A stretch of DNA of 64,000 nucleotides. Origin: an uncultured Planctomycetota bacterium. Lineage in GTDB: Bacteria > Planctomycetota > Planctomycetia > Isosphaerales > Isosphaeraceae. The notes below the pieces were generated by a model. The model ran no database searches, was not told the origin of the DNA, and worked only from the letters and a program-made list of their open reading frames with translations. Of this stretch, positions 22,929 through 31,661 are shown one piece after another (position 1 is the first letter of the stretch; the number at the start of each line of letters is the position of its first letter). The stretch is from assembly GCA_963845755.1 (NCBI GenBank), contig CAWJTV010000034.1, positions 256,001 to 320,000 on the forward strand. Reading direction: 5' to 3'. The position numbers and the translations under genes are program-made.

Positions 22929-23382
22929 TGTTCTCTCCACGATTCGAATCGCAGCCGTCCTGATGCCGGCCGCAAGCCGCGTGCCTCGGTTCTTCGGCGT
23001 GCATCGTGTATTCGGACGTTCTGGGCGGGGTCTTGAGCCGCCAGGGATTCTCTTTCGTGCGGTCCAGCTTGGCCATGAAGCCTCCAGTCTTCGCCAGTCC
23101 CGATGAATCCTGCCGTCGCCCCGTGGGCGGGCTTTCTCACCCGCTCGATACGCCGATTGCCGCCTCAGCATGCCCACTTCGGGTTCGGTTCGCAAGAGCA
23201 GCCGCCCGCTCCGTATACCCGGTTTAGCTATGACGGTTCTTTCCCCCAGTGCCAGCCCGCCGGATGGCCCTTGACCAGATCGCGATCGACTTCACGTAGG
23301 ACCTTCGCCACCTGATCGTCGGTCCGTCGTTTCCTCATGATGAGTCCCTGCGACTCAGAGTCTGTCCCCGAAGGGGCCGGTC

Positions 23383-23457
23383 GGCGAGCGGGGGCGTCAG
23401 CCCCCTGTCTTGGAGGTCCGTCGCTTACCGGACAGGGGGCTGACGCCCCCGCTCGCC
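23383..23457. repeat. Perfect 27-bp inverted repeat (REP doublet) nested in a weaker outer inverted repeat (about 23342-23486)
   Basis: ggcgagcgggggcgtcagccccctgtc (23383-23409) and gacagggggctgacgcccccgctcgcc (23431-23457); outer arms gagtccct...gagtctg and cagactc...agggactc. Confidence 0.85.
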
Positions 23458-23824
23458 CTTTGCAGACTCAGTCTTGTGAGGGACTCTCACTTCGACTGGA
23501 CCAGTTTTGGGGAGCAGAGCACATATGGCCCCGTTTTTCACGCTGTTCCGGTTTTTCCCGCCCCATCCTGGCAGGCTTTTGATTCTCGCGTTAATACTCT
23601 TCGTACTACTTTATCGGGAGGCTTGACTTACTGACGTTGCGGATCGGCTTAAATTGCATGAGGGCATCGTTGTAAGCTCCTGGGAAAGTCGAGTTCCGAT
23701 CGAAACTCCCACTCATTCTTGAGCACACCATGATCGCGTGGCTCACCAGCCCGGCACGGGCCGGCGATGAAGAGCGGTCGCATTAAAGCCCCCTGGAGGG
23801 CATTCGCCATGTCTACGCCAGATC

Positions 23825-26062
23825 GTGATCGAGCGACCCTTCGCTTGTGGAACCTCGTATCTCGCTCGGCCGAACGATCCGGCGCCGGCTCGGCGCCTGC
23901 GCCGATCGCCGTCCCGCCGTGCGCATCGGTCGCCTCGGGGGCGCGGAAGACTCTCTGGCGGCGCAGGCTCGCGACCGCGACGGCTGGAGAGGCTCCCCTC
24001 TCGCGTCCGGTTCCGGCCCCAGGTCGGCCTGCTCGAACAGCGCGCACTGTTGAGTGCCCTGCCCACCCTCACGGCGCTGAGGGCCTCGACCGCTTTTGCG
24101 GGCCTCGGACAGTCGGTCACGTTCACCGCGACGGTCAGCGACTTGACTGCGGGCGGGGCCACTCCGAACGGGGGAACAGTCACATTCAATGACCAGCATG
24201 GAGCGCTCGACAGGGCGACGCTGGTTGACGGCGTGGCGGCGTTCACGACCTCGAGCCTGGCGTTAGGCACGTATACCGTCACGGCCTCCTACGGGGGCAC
24301 GGCGGCCTTCGCACCGAGCGTCACGGGCACGATTGTCACCTCCGCCGGCGACGGCATCCCCAATTACAGCGGTGACAATGGGCCCGCGACCGCGGCCGGG
24401 ATCGTCTCTCCCTATGGTGTTGCCGTCGACTCCGCGGGCGACCTGTTCCTCTCCGGCGGAGGCGCCGGCAGAATCCGTGAGGTCGTCAAGGCGACCGGTG
24501 ACATCATCACCGTCGCCGGCGACGGCACCCCCGGCTACAGCGGTGACGGCGGGTCCGCGACCGCCGCCGAGCTGTACGGTGGCGAGGGCCTCGCCGTCGA
24601 CTCCGCGGGCGACCTGTTCATCGCCGACAACCGAAACAACGTGGTCCGTGAGGTGGTCAAGTCGAGCGGCGACATCTTCACCGTCGCCGGCAACGGCACA
24701 GCCGGTTACAGCGGCGACGGCGGGTCCGCGACTGCCGCCGAGCTGAACGGTCCCGACGGCCTCGCGGTCGACTCCGCTGGCAACCTGTTTATCGACGACG
24801 CGCGAAACCAGGTGATCCGCGAGGTAGTCAAGTCGACCGGCAACATTATGACGATTGCCGGCACCGGCACCCCGGGTTACACCGGTGACAACGGGCCCGC
24901 GACCGCCGCCAAGATGCGCCCCGTCGGCGTCGCCGTCAACTCCGGTGACAACGTGTTCAGCGCCGAGTACAACAACAACGTGATCCGTGAGGTGTTCAAG
25001 GCGACCGGTGACATTACGACCGTCGCCGGCAACGGCAAGGGCGCCGGCAACGGCGCCGGCCCCGGCACCGGCACCGGCGGTTACACCGGCGACGGCGGGT
25101 CCGCGACCGCCGCCGAGCTGAACTCTCCCCGCGGCGTCGCCGTCGACTCCGTTGGCGACCTCTTCATCGCCGACTTCAATAACAACGTGGTCCGCGAGGT
25201 GGTCAAGGCGACCGGCGACATCATCACCGTCGCCGGTAACGGCACCGGGGCCGGCACCGGCCTCGGCGGTTACAGCGGCGACAACGGGCCCGCGACCGCC
25301 GCCGAGCTGTCCGAACCCAACGGCGTCGCCATCGATTCCGCGGGCGACCTGTACATCGCCGACCTTGCCAACCACGTGGTCCGCGAGGTCACGCCGGCGG
25401 TAACCGTGACCATCACCCTAACGCCGACGCCAACACCGACCACGACGCCAACACCGACCACGACGCCAACACCGACCACGACGCCAACGCCAACGCCCAT
25501 CCCCGTGGGTCCGATTGGACCCACGGACACGACGCAAACTCACCTGACGGCAACGCCCAGGCCGGCAAACCTCGGGCGGCCGGTCACCCTGACCGCCACG
25601 GTCAAGAATCTCAAGCACGGCGGCGGGACGCCGATCGGTTCCATCACCTTTCGGGACGGCGCGCTGAGTCTGGGTACGGTCGCTCTTCGACGTGGCAAGG
25701 CGAGCCTCAAGACCTCAAGCCTGCCGCTCGGCCCGAATCCAATTCACGCCGAATACACGCCAAGTCAGGGCTTCGCTCCCAGCGCCGCGACCATCATCGA
25801 GAACGTCCGGGCACATCGATCGAGGATCAAGGCCACGCCATCGGCGGAGACCGGGAGACAGGCAGTCCCCTTGACGTCCGGGACCATTCGCATTGCCGGA
25901 GTTGCGGCGATTCCCGCTGGCGTCATTACAATCGTCGGTGGACCCACCGTCCTGGGGCCGATCGGGCCCGACTTGGCAAGTGCGGCAGGCAGCGACGGCA
26001 TCCCCGCAGCAACTCGTCACATCCGGACGAGGCTCTGGTCGCCTAATCCCGACCGGTCTTGA
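23825..26062 (+). CDS. Extracellular protein: LEPR-XLL-like N-terminus, Ig-like (Big_3) domain, NHL-repeat propeller, Pro/Thr linker, second Ig-like domain; start uncertain
   Basis: RFRPQVGLLEQRALLS; GQSVTFTATVS; six repeats of AGNGTAGYSGDGGSATAAEL..P.GLAVDSAGDLFIAD; TPTPTT linker; GRPVTLTATV. Confidence 0.85.
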   Translation: MIERPFACGTSYLARPNDPAPARRLRRSPSRRAHRSPRGRGRLSGGAGSRPRRLERLPSRVRFRPQVGLLEQRALLSALPTLTALRASTAFAGLGQSVTFTATVSDLTAGGATPNGGTVTFNDQHGALDRATLVDGVAAFTTSSLALGTYTVTASYGGTAAFAPSVTGTIVTSAGDGIPNYSGDNGPATAAGIVSPYGVAVDSAGDLFLSGGGAGRIREVVKATGDIITVAGDGTPGYSGDGGSATAAELYGGEGLAVDSAGDLFIADNRNNVVREVVKSSGDIFTVAGNGTAGYSGDGGSATAAELNGPDGLAVDSAGNLFIDDARNQVIREVVKSTGNIMTIAGTGTPGYTGDNGPATAAKMRPVGVAVNSGDNVFSAEYNNNVIREVFKATGDITTVAGNGKGAGNGAGPGTGTGGYTGDGGSATAAELNSPRGVAVDSVGDLFIADFNNNVVREVVKATGDIITVAGNGTGAGTGLGGYSGDNGPATAAELSEPNGVAIDSAGDLYIADLANHVVREVTPAVTVTITLTPTPTPTTTPTPTTTPTPTTTPTPTPIPVGPIGPTDTTQTHLTATPRPANLGRPVTLTATVKNLKHGGGTPIGSITFRDGALSLGTVALRRGKASLKTSSLPLGPNPIHAEYTPSQGFAPSAATIIENVRAHRSRIKATPSAETGRQAVPLTSGTIRIAGVAAIPAGVITIVGGPTVLGPIGPDLASAAGSDGIPAATRHIRTRLWSPNPDRS
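25421..25497 (+). repeat. 18-bp coding tandem repeat (TPTPTT linker)
   Basis: acgccaacaccgaccacg repeated three times plus flanking acgcca units. Confidence 0.85.
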
Positions 26063-26182
26063 TCTCCCGGCGGAGAGGAAAAGACAGCCATGTGGGAATT
26101 GGCGTGATGCCGATTTGGGACCTATGTACGGACGATCCCTGTCCCCGCCGAACCGGCGGGTTTTACAGATGTCGTTTGATGG

Positions 26183-26365
26183 CCAATCCCGACCAGGGGC
26201 CACCTCGGTCTCGTCAGGGATCACGTCTCGCCATACTGGTTTATCAGGGGAGTGACCCCACACAGCCTTATCCGACGTTGGTGATCCGAGACAGAGCGCC
26301 ACGCTTTTCCACGGCTTTGCGCCTTGGGGACAGATTCGACGTTGTTCGGCCCCTGGTCCGGATGG
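26183..26365 (-). ncRNA. Candidate bridge/seek RNA of the IS110 element
   Basis: Directly after the transposase stop; closing stem ccatccggaccaggggcc / ggcccctggtcgggattgg encloses about 145 nt with an inner stem (ggatc-acgtc / gacgtgatcc), a large internal loop and a gggg/cccc apical hairpin. Confidence 0.5.
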
Positions 26366-27940
26366 TCACTCTGTGGGATCAGCCTCCCCTGACTCCGGTG
26401 ATCTTACCAGGTTCCCCTCCAGTTTGGCCAAGATGGCGGGGAGAATCGTGTCTAGCTGGCGCGGTCCCGTTCCCCGCGATTTCGGGACCCGAGCCAGCTC
26501 CTCCGCCACAGCGGCCGCTTCCTCACGATGCGCCGTGTGCGGGAGTTGGGCCACTGCGGCGTCGAGGTTTCGCGAGAGCTGATCAGGTGGAATGATATGC
26601 TCAAGAGAAAACCTGATCAGTTTATCGAGGATGGGATCCCGCTGCTGAGCGCAGGGGTGTTGGAAGGTCATCCGACCGGCTACCATCTGGTAGGCGATCC
26701 GGCAGAACCGACCGGCGACCTGGACACGGACGCTACGGGCGTCCTTGCCCCTGAGCCGCCATCCCGCGGCCAGGACCGCGAAGTGATCATTGCATTTGAT
26801 CAAGTTATCTGCAATCGTGAGGATGGCGGATCGCAGGTCGCGATTGGCGTGTCGGACCAGCGCGCCGTCGCGACGATCGACCTGGTCGCTCTGGTACCGC
26901 GAGGGGAACAACCCGGCGCGGCCCGTAATCGCTCGGGCCTTGGTGTAGCGCTCGATCGGCCCCATCTCGCCGGCGAACTCGGCGGCCGAGACCACGTTGA
27001 TCCCGACGATGCCCAGCAGGAGCAGGTAGGGCGTCCCGGCCAAGAGCCCGGCCAGGTCACCCTCGACCGCCTGGATGGCTTGAGCCTTGGCGACCTGGTC
27101 GGCGTCGAGCTCCAGGAAGATGCGGTGATGGAGCGACGCCGGTTCCTCGGCCGACGGTGCCGACCGGGCCCAAGCGACGATCTTTTCCAGGGTGGACCGA
27201 TACACTCGGAGGCCGGCCTGTCGAACCTGTTGGCTCAAGCCGGCCAGGCCGATCTGGGCGATCGCCGCGGCCGAGCCGAGGTCCCTGGCCACCCAGAGGA
27301 TGGCCGGAGAACCGAAGAGATCGCCGACGCACTTCGAGTATCCTGGCATGAACGATTGAAGATGCTCGAGCATCTGCTGTTGGAGGACGACTCGCTTTTG
27401 CACCGAGGTGCGGCGGTGCCTGGCCAGCAGTTGGAGTCGGGCATAGACCGGGTCGGGTTCGGGCTCCAGCAGGCCGAAGCCGTTGACGGCGGCGCGGTGG
27501 ATGGCGGAGAGGTCGGTGTCGTCGGTCTTGTTGCCGGGGTCGGCGGGGAGTCGATACTGCTTGGTGGTGTAAGGATGAACGATGCGGACCTCGAACCCCG
27601 CCTTGCGGAAGCTGCGCTGGACCGGGCCGTGATAGCGACCGGTGCGCTCGACGACCACGATCACCTCCCGGATGCCGTGCCGGGCCATGGCCGCGCGAAC
27701 CGACGTCACGGCGGTCTCGAAGTCGGATCGGTTGTGTTCGACGGTGGTCGGCTCGAGCAGGACTCGGCCGTAGAAGTCGGCGAACATCATCCGGGAGCGT
27801 GCCTTGGCGCAATCGACGCACACCAAGCCGAAGTGCTCCGGTCCGACCGCTTGGACGCGCGGGTGAATGACCCCCCGAGGCTTATGAAGGGCATGCGGCT
27901 GCGACGGGCGACGGTTCTTCGACGGGGACTTGGTAGCCAT
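26366..27940 (-). CDS. IS110-family (DEDD RuvC-like) transposase/recombinase with N- and C-terminal extensions
   Basis: GLVCVDCAK (D), VVVERTGRYH (E), GNKTDDTD (DD), LLGIVGINVVSAAEFAGEMG, RAGLFPSRYQSD, ANRDLR. Confidence 0.92.
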   Translation of the reverse strand: MATKSPSKNRRPSQPHALHKPRGVIHPRVQAVGPEHFGLVCVDCAKARSRMMFADFYGRVLLEPTTVEHNRSDFETAVTSVRAAMARHGIREVIVVVERTGRYHGPVQRSFRKAGFEVRIVHPYTTKQYRLPADPGNKTDDTDLSAIHRAAVNGFGLLEPEPDPVYARLQLLARHRRTSVQKRVVLQQQMLEHLQSFMPGYSKCVGDLFGSPAILWVARDLGSAAAIAQIGLAGLSQQVRQAGLRVYRSTLEKIVAWARSAPSAEEPASLHHRIFLELDADQVAKAQAIQAVEGDLAGLLAGTPYLLLLGIVGINVVSAAEFAGEMGPIERYTKARAITGRAGLFPSRYQSDQVDRRDGALVRHANRDLRSAILTIADNLIKCNDHFAVLAAGWRLRGKDARSVRVQVAGRFCRIAYQMVAGRMTFQHPCAQQRDPILDKLIRFSLEHIIPPDQLSRNLDAAVAQLPHTAHREEAAAVAEELARVPKSRGTGPRQLDTILPAILAKLEGNLVRSPESGEADPTE

Positions 27941-28293
27941 GGAACAGGACCTCCGAATCGAGTTGAGAAGAGACCCAACTCCCATTCTGGAAGTCTGATC
28001 GGGCGTTCAGTAGAAAAGATCCTTGACCCCCCCAGGCCCCCCCTGTTGTTGCTGGTCAAGAATCTTTAGTACCTCACTTCGCCACATACCAGGGGAGCGG
28101 AAACGGAGGTAACGGTCAAGGTTCAATCCCGGTTTGCGCGGGTCTGACCCCGACCTCTCCGCGCTCTGACCCGACCTCACGACCTCTCATAAGCGCTCCA
28201 TTGCTCCCCGCGAGCCCCTCTCTGATAATGGGAACGGCAGAGAAACGTCAAGCGTGGCTCGGCTCTCCCAACGAACGATCTGCGGATATTATT

Positions 28294-29268
28294 ATGAGCA
28301 TGAACGAGCAACGAACACTTCACTCGCGTTGGCAAACCGTCGGAGCCCTGGCTTTCGGGATAGGGCTCGGTCTCACGGCGTTCGCGACCTCCCAGGTCGC
28401 CGAACCGGCGGTGAAGAGCTCGGCCAAGGCCCAGGATTCCCCCGAGCCGTTCACCACCCTTAACGATGCGTCGCGGATCGCTTATCGTCTCGCCAAGAAC
28501 GCGGCGCTGGCCCGAAACGGACCGGTGATCTTCGTCGAGGGAGACGACCTCGTTCTCAAGCGAGGGGCCGAACGTAATAAGGTTCGGTTCATCCCCGACA
28601 TCTACCACACGATGAAGGCAATCTCGCACGTCGCGCTGGCGATCGACGTGACTCTCGCCGCACATGCCGACGAGAACCCTCTGAGCGATGAGGTTCTCAA
28701 GGATCTTGGCGAATACCGCGGCCTGTTACCACCCGTGATGGAGAAGCTCGCCACATCGGGACTCGATGGCGAGCATCGGGAACGTCAGAACGTGATTCTC
28801 ACGGAGTGCGCGGCCTTCCTCGATTCGGTCATCGAACGGCGGGCAGGCTCCCTGGCCGACCGCGTGGCGTTCGCCCGGCACATGTGGCCGTTGATGACGA
28901 GGAACGCCGGGTCCGCGGCCCGCCTCGCGCTCGATTCGCTGCATCGCCAGGTCAACACCTGGAAAGGACAGCTCTCAGCGGAGGAATGGAACCGGCTCAC
29001 GGTCGTGGTCATGGGGACGCAATTGCCACGCAAGGGCAACCTGGCCGTCCAGTATTTCGCGCGCCTGTTGGGCGAGCCGGGCGAGGGCCGGCGAATCATC
29101 TACGCCGAGGCTCTCTTCGACGAACAGCGCGCACTCGAGCTCCTGGCCACCCGACTCGTCAACACCCAGATCGGCATCGACTTCTTCAACGATCCCCTTC
29201 GGATGCACCGCGACTTGCTCTCCGACGCCGCCCAGGACTACCTTCCCATCCTGATCGATAAACCATGA
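28294..29268 (+). CDS. Hypothetical exported protein
   Basis: Long ORF with N-terminal hydrophobic segment (VGALAFGIGLGLTAFA) and GC-rich third positions; family not recognised. Confidence 0.75.
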   Translation: MSMNEQRTLHSRWQTVGALAFGIGLGLTAFATSQVAEPAVKSSAKAQDSPEPFTTLNDASRIAYRLAKNAALARNGPVIFVEGDDLVLKRGAERNKVRFIPDIYHTMKAISHVALAIDVTLAAHADENPLSDEVLKDLGEYRGLLPPVMEKLATSGLDGEHRERQNVILTECAAFLDSVIERRAGSLADRVAFARHMWPLMTRNAGSAARLALDSLHRQVNTWKGQLSAEEWNRLTVVVMGTQLPRKGNLAVQYFARLLGEPGEGRRIIYAEALFDEQRALELLATRLVNTQIGIDFFNDPLRMHRDLLSDAAQDYLPILIDKP

Positions 29269-29320
29269 AGGAGTGCGCAAGCGGGTCGGTGAACTCGCAG
29301 GAATGCCCCCCTGGCCCTAC

Positions 29321-29362
29321 CTTGACCCCTGGTCTCCGGAAACAAATCTTGACCCCTGGTCT
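29321..29362 (+). repeat. 15-bp direct repeat cttgacccctggtct (two copies)
   Basis: Copies at 29321 and 29348; related tctgaccc(c)gacctc pair at about 28143-28177. Confidence 0.6.
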
Positions 29363-29380
29363 TCCCTGGCCTTCGTCTCT

Positions 29381-29872
29381 CTATCTCTCCTTGGAGAACG
29401 CAAAGATTCGCAGATGGGAAACCAGCCATCGATCATCCCGCTTGACTCGGATTTGAACGAACGGAACCTTGAGAGGGTGGTCGGTGTGCGGCTCGAAGAA
29501 GCCACAGATGAGCAACATCTCCGGGTCCAGGAGCCGGGCATACTCGACGGTGTTCTTGGGTTTGAGGGCTTGAACCCCCGGAAAGGTGTCATTATATATA
29601 CCATTGAAGATATTTTTATAGAATTCTTCGATTGACACTCGGCCACTTCTCACTTCCGTCTTCGTCTCACCCTTGGTCTTGTTCGTCAGCACGATTTCGG
29701 CGTCTTCCGTGTAATTTGAGGCCATCGCCTTGGCGTCCTTGTCGCCGAACGCTTGGGCGCCCTTGTCGAGAATCTGCGCTGCAAGGGTCTTCGCGGCCTC
29801 GTCTGCCTGCTGGGCTCGGGTTGTCGGGACCAGCAAAGCCAGCACCGCGAGCGTTGAAACCAAGCGGATCAT
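29381..29872 (-). CDS. Secreted NTF2/SnoaL-like (DUF4440-type) protein
   Basis: Signal peptide MIRLVSTLAVLALLVPTTRA; AFGDKDAKAMASNYTEDA, GRVSIEEFY, VKRDDRWLV; its ATG overlaps the upstream stop (ATGA). Confidence 0.75.
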   Translation of the reverse strand: MIRLVSTLAVLALLVPTTRAQQADEAAKTLAAQILDKGAQAFGDKDAKAMASNYTEDAEIVLTNKTKGETKTEVRSGRVSIEEFYKNIFNGIYNDTFPGVQALKPKNTVEYARLLDPEMLLICGFFEPHTDHPLKVPFVQIRVKRDDRWLVSHLRIFAFSKER

Positions 29873-30546
29873 GAGTTCGCTCCACCTGAGGTTGTTTGGA
29901 TCGTCATCACGTGGCCCGAGTTGGCGTAGGCCGCCTCGAACCATAATCTTGCCTCCTCGTCATCCTGATAACACGATACGATACGGCGCAGAGGAGACCG
30001 GACCTGATGGAACCAGGACACGTCGCCGAATATCATAAGCAAAGGCATTTTTAATCCATAACTCGGACACACGAAAGGCGCCTCGTACGTGCGATATCCA
30101 AGGTGAGCATAGAGAGGCAGCATGTGGGGGCTGCAATCACCGTAATTCAGTCGAATTCCCCGACCTCGAGCGTCAACATAGACGGCCTCCATCAGTCGCA
30201 GGATCGCCTTCGAACCTCGGTATTCCGGGGCGACCATGAACCGGCTGGTCGTGCCGATGGCGGAGCGGCCGAAGCGGCAGAGCGCGGAGCCCATCCTGAA
30301 GCGTTGGACAAGGTCGGAAGGATCGGAGACGTCATCAAGGAATGTCGCCCGCAACGAGCCGACAACCGTCTTGTTGCTTAGCAACGCATACTGATAACTG
30401 CAATCGTCCAAAGAGTCGTGGAGGAGTCGCCCGAGATGATCCGCCTCCGGAGGCGAGTAACCCAGGTTCTCGACGTAGACCTGGTAACGAAACCGGAAGA
30501 GCTCGTCCCGTGAATCGAGATCGAGCCGGACGACATCCAGGGTCAT
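29869..30546 (-). CDS. GNAT-fold N-acyltransferase, FeeM/N-acyl amino acid synthase- or LuxI-like
   Basis: LFRFRYQVYVENLGY, DSLDD, VVGSLR, SRFMVAPEYRG, LYAHLGY. Confidence 0.82.
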   Translation of the reverse strand: MTLDVVRLDLDSRDELFRFRYQVYVENLGYSPPEADHLGRLLHDSLDDCSYQYALLSNKTVVGSLRATFLDDVSDPSDLVQRFRMGSALCRFGRSAIGTTSRFMVAPEYRGSKAILRLMEAVYVDARGRGIRLNYGDCSPHMLPLYAHLGYRTYEAPFVCPSYGLKMPLLMIFGDVSWFHQVRSPLRRIVSCYQDDEEARLWFEAAYANSGHVMTIQTTSGGANS

Positions 30547-31220
30547 TGTTGATTTCCCGGGTTAACTTCCTCGAACATCCGCACATAAAGTTCGACCGAG
30601 ACTTCCGCCACGTGATCGATGTCGGCACGATCCCGTTCGCTATCGGCGTATCGCTCGATCTGCTCGTCGAGTTCCCGGATGTGAATCTGATCCGCCTCGC
30701 CGTGACCGGCGACAAAACGAACGCCTTGGTCCGAGAGCCCCAGTTTTTGGCGCAGCTTCTGCGCGGCGCTCGGCCCAAGATCGTTGCCGACGGCCTCGAG
30801 GACATACATCCAGCCGAAAAGACCGACTGGGTTGGCATGCTCGGCGATGAAATACGTGTAACCGATCATGCCGGCACAAGAGGGAACGGGCCGCGCCGAC
30901 GCGATCTCCGCCCGCGAGCAGCCGAGGGCGAGAAGATCCTCGAAGGCCCACGAATCATGCCCTTGTTCTTCCCGGGCGTGATGGAGCAGGTAGCGGGAAA
31001 GTTCCCGATGGCTCGACATACAGCGACTGGCGGCCAGAGCCATCACAACCGGACTGTGCGGCGAGTACTGCTGAGCGATCTGCGACAAATATCGGATGTA
31101 ACGTCTCGGGAACGTCGCCAAGGTCTCCGGAGTACTTTCGTCCTCCAGAACCGACTTCACGAGCGGCGTCTTCCTGAGGCGAGCATCAAGCACTTTTCTC
31201 AACTCTCGTAGTCGGTCCAT
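30543..31220 (-). CDS. Heme-oxygenase-like diiron (iron-containing redox) enzyme
   Basis: HAREEQGH, WMYVLE, HGEADQIH metal-ligand pattern; GGAGGA RBS before ATG at 31220. Confidence 0.82.
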   Translation of the reverse strand: MDRLRELRKVLDARLRKTPLVKSVLEDESTPETLATFPRRYIRYLSQIAQQYSPHSPVVMALAASRCMSSHRELSRYLLHHAREEQGHDSWAFEDLLALGCSRAEIASARPVPSCAGMIGYTYFIAEHANPVGLFGWMYVLEAVGNDLGPSAAQKLRQKLGLSDQGVRFVAGHGEADQIHIRELDEQIERYADSERDRADIDHVAEVSVELYVRMFEEVNPGNQQ

Positions 31221-31480
31221 GGATCCTCCATCAAGGTGGCGGAACTCGTATTGATGACACACTGTGTTCGAGAGATGAGACGCACGTCCCGTCCCGGCGG
31301 AGCGACGATCCATCGATCGCAGAGCCCGAACTGGGAACTCTCCGTCACGGGAGCGGACACAGATCGTCCGGAATCACTCCCACGTCAAATTAGATCATGA
31401 CGAATGGATCTTGTCCAGGTAGAATGTGACGATCGCCTGCGATTATCGTGGAGGGATACGATCCACTCAAGGCTGGCAAA

Positions 31481-31525
31481 TCATATATATTTCGATATAT
31501 ATTATTAATATTATAAAAATATAAT
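31481..31525. promoter_or_regulatory. Extremely AT-rich palindromic patch upstream of the redox enzyme operon; putative promoter/operator
   Basis: atatatat-ttcg-atatatat, tattaata and attata-aaaa-tataat inverted repeats in otherwise high-GC DNA. Confidence 0.45.
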
Positions 31526-31661
31526 GTCCATCAGGAGTTGTGTTCGAATCTCATCGAATCAAGGAAGGGGGTCAGATGGACGAGGGGAAACGGGGACGGA
31601 GGAGGGGAAACGGGTACGCAACTTGTTTCCCAACCCTTGCTGGCGTGAAGGACTGGATCTC

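Larger units (their letters stand above)
26120..28090 (-). mobile_element. IS110-family insertion sequence; boundaries approximate
   Basis: IS110 recombinase gene with non-coding ends; weak sub-terminal inverted pair TATGTGGCGAAG (minus strand near 28088) and TATGTACGGACG (plus strand at 26123). Confidence 0.6.

Noticed and set aside
24330..25390. Recurrent DNA repeats as an array or DGR template/variable pair
   Set aside because: They are NHL propeller coding repeats; there is no reverse transcriptase in the window and no adenine-specific divergence was apparent.
29869..30546. Firm luxI call
   Set aside because: The motifs are shared with FeeM-type N-acyl amino acid synthases, canonical LuxI residues differ (Tyr in place of the conserved Phe and Trp), and no luxR is nearby.
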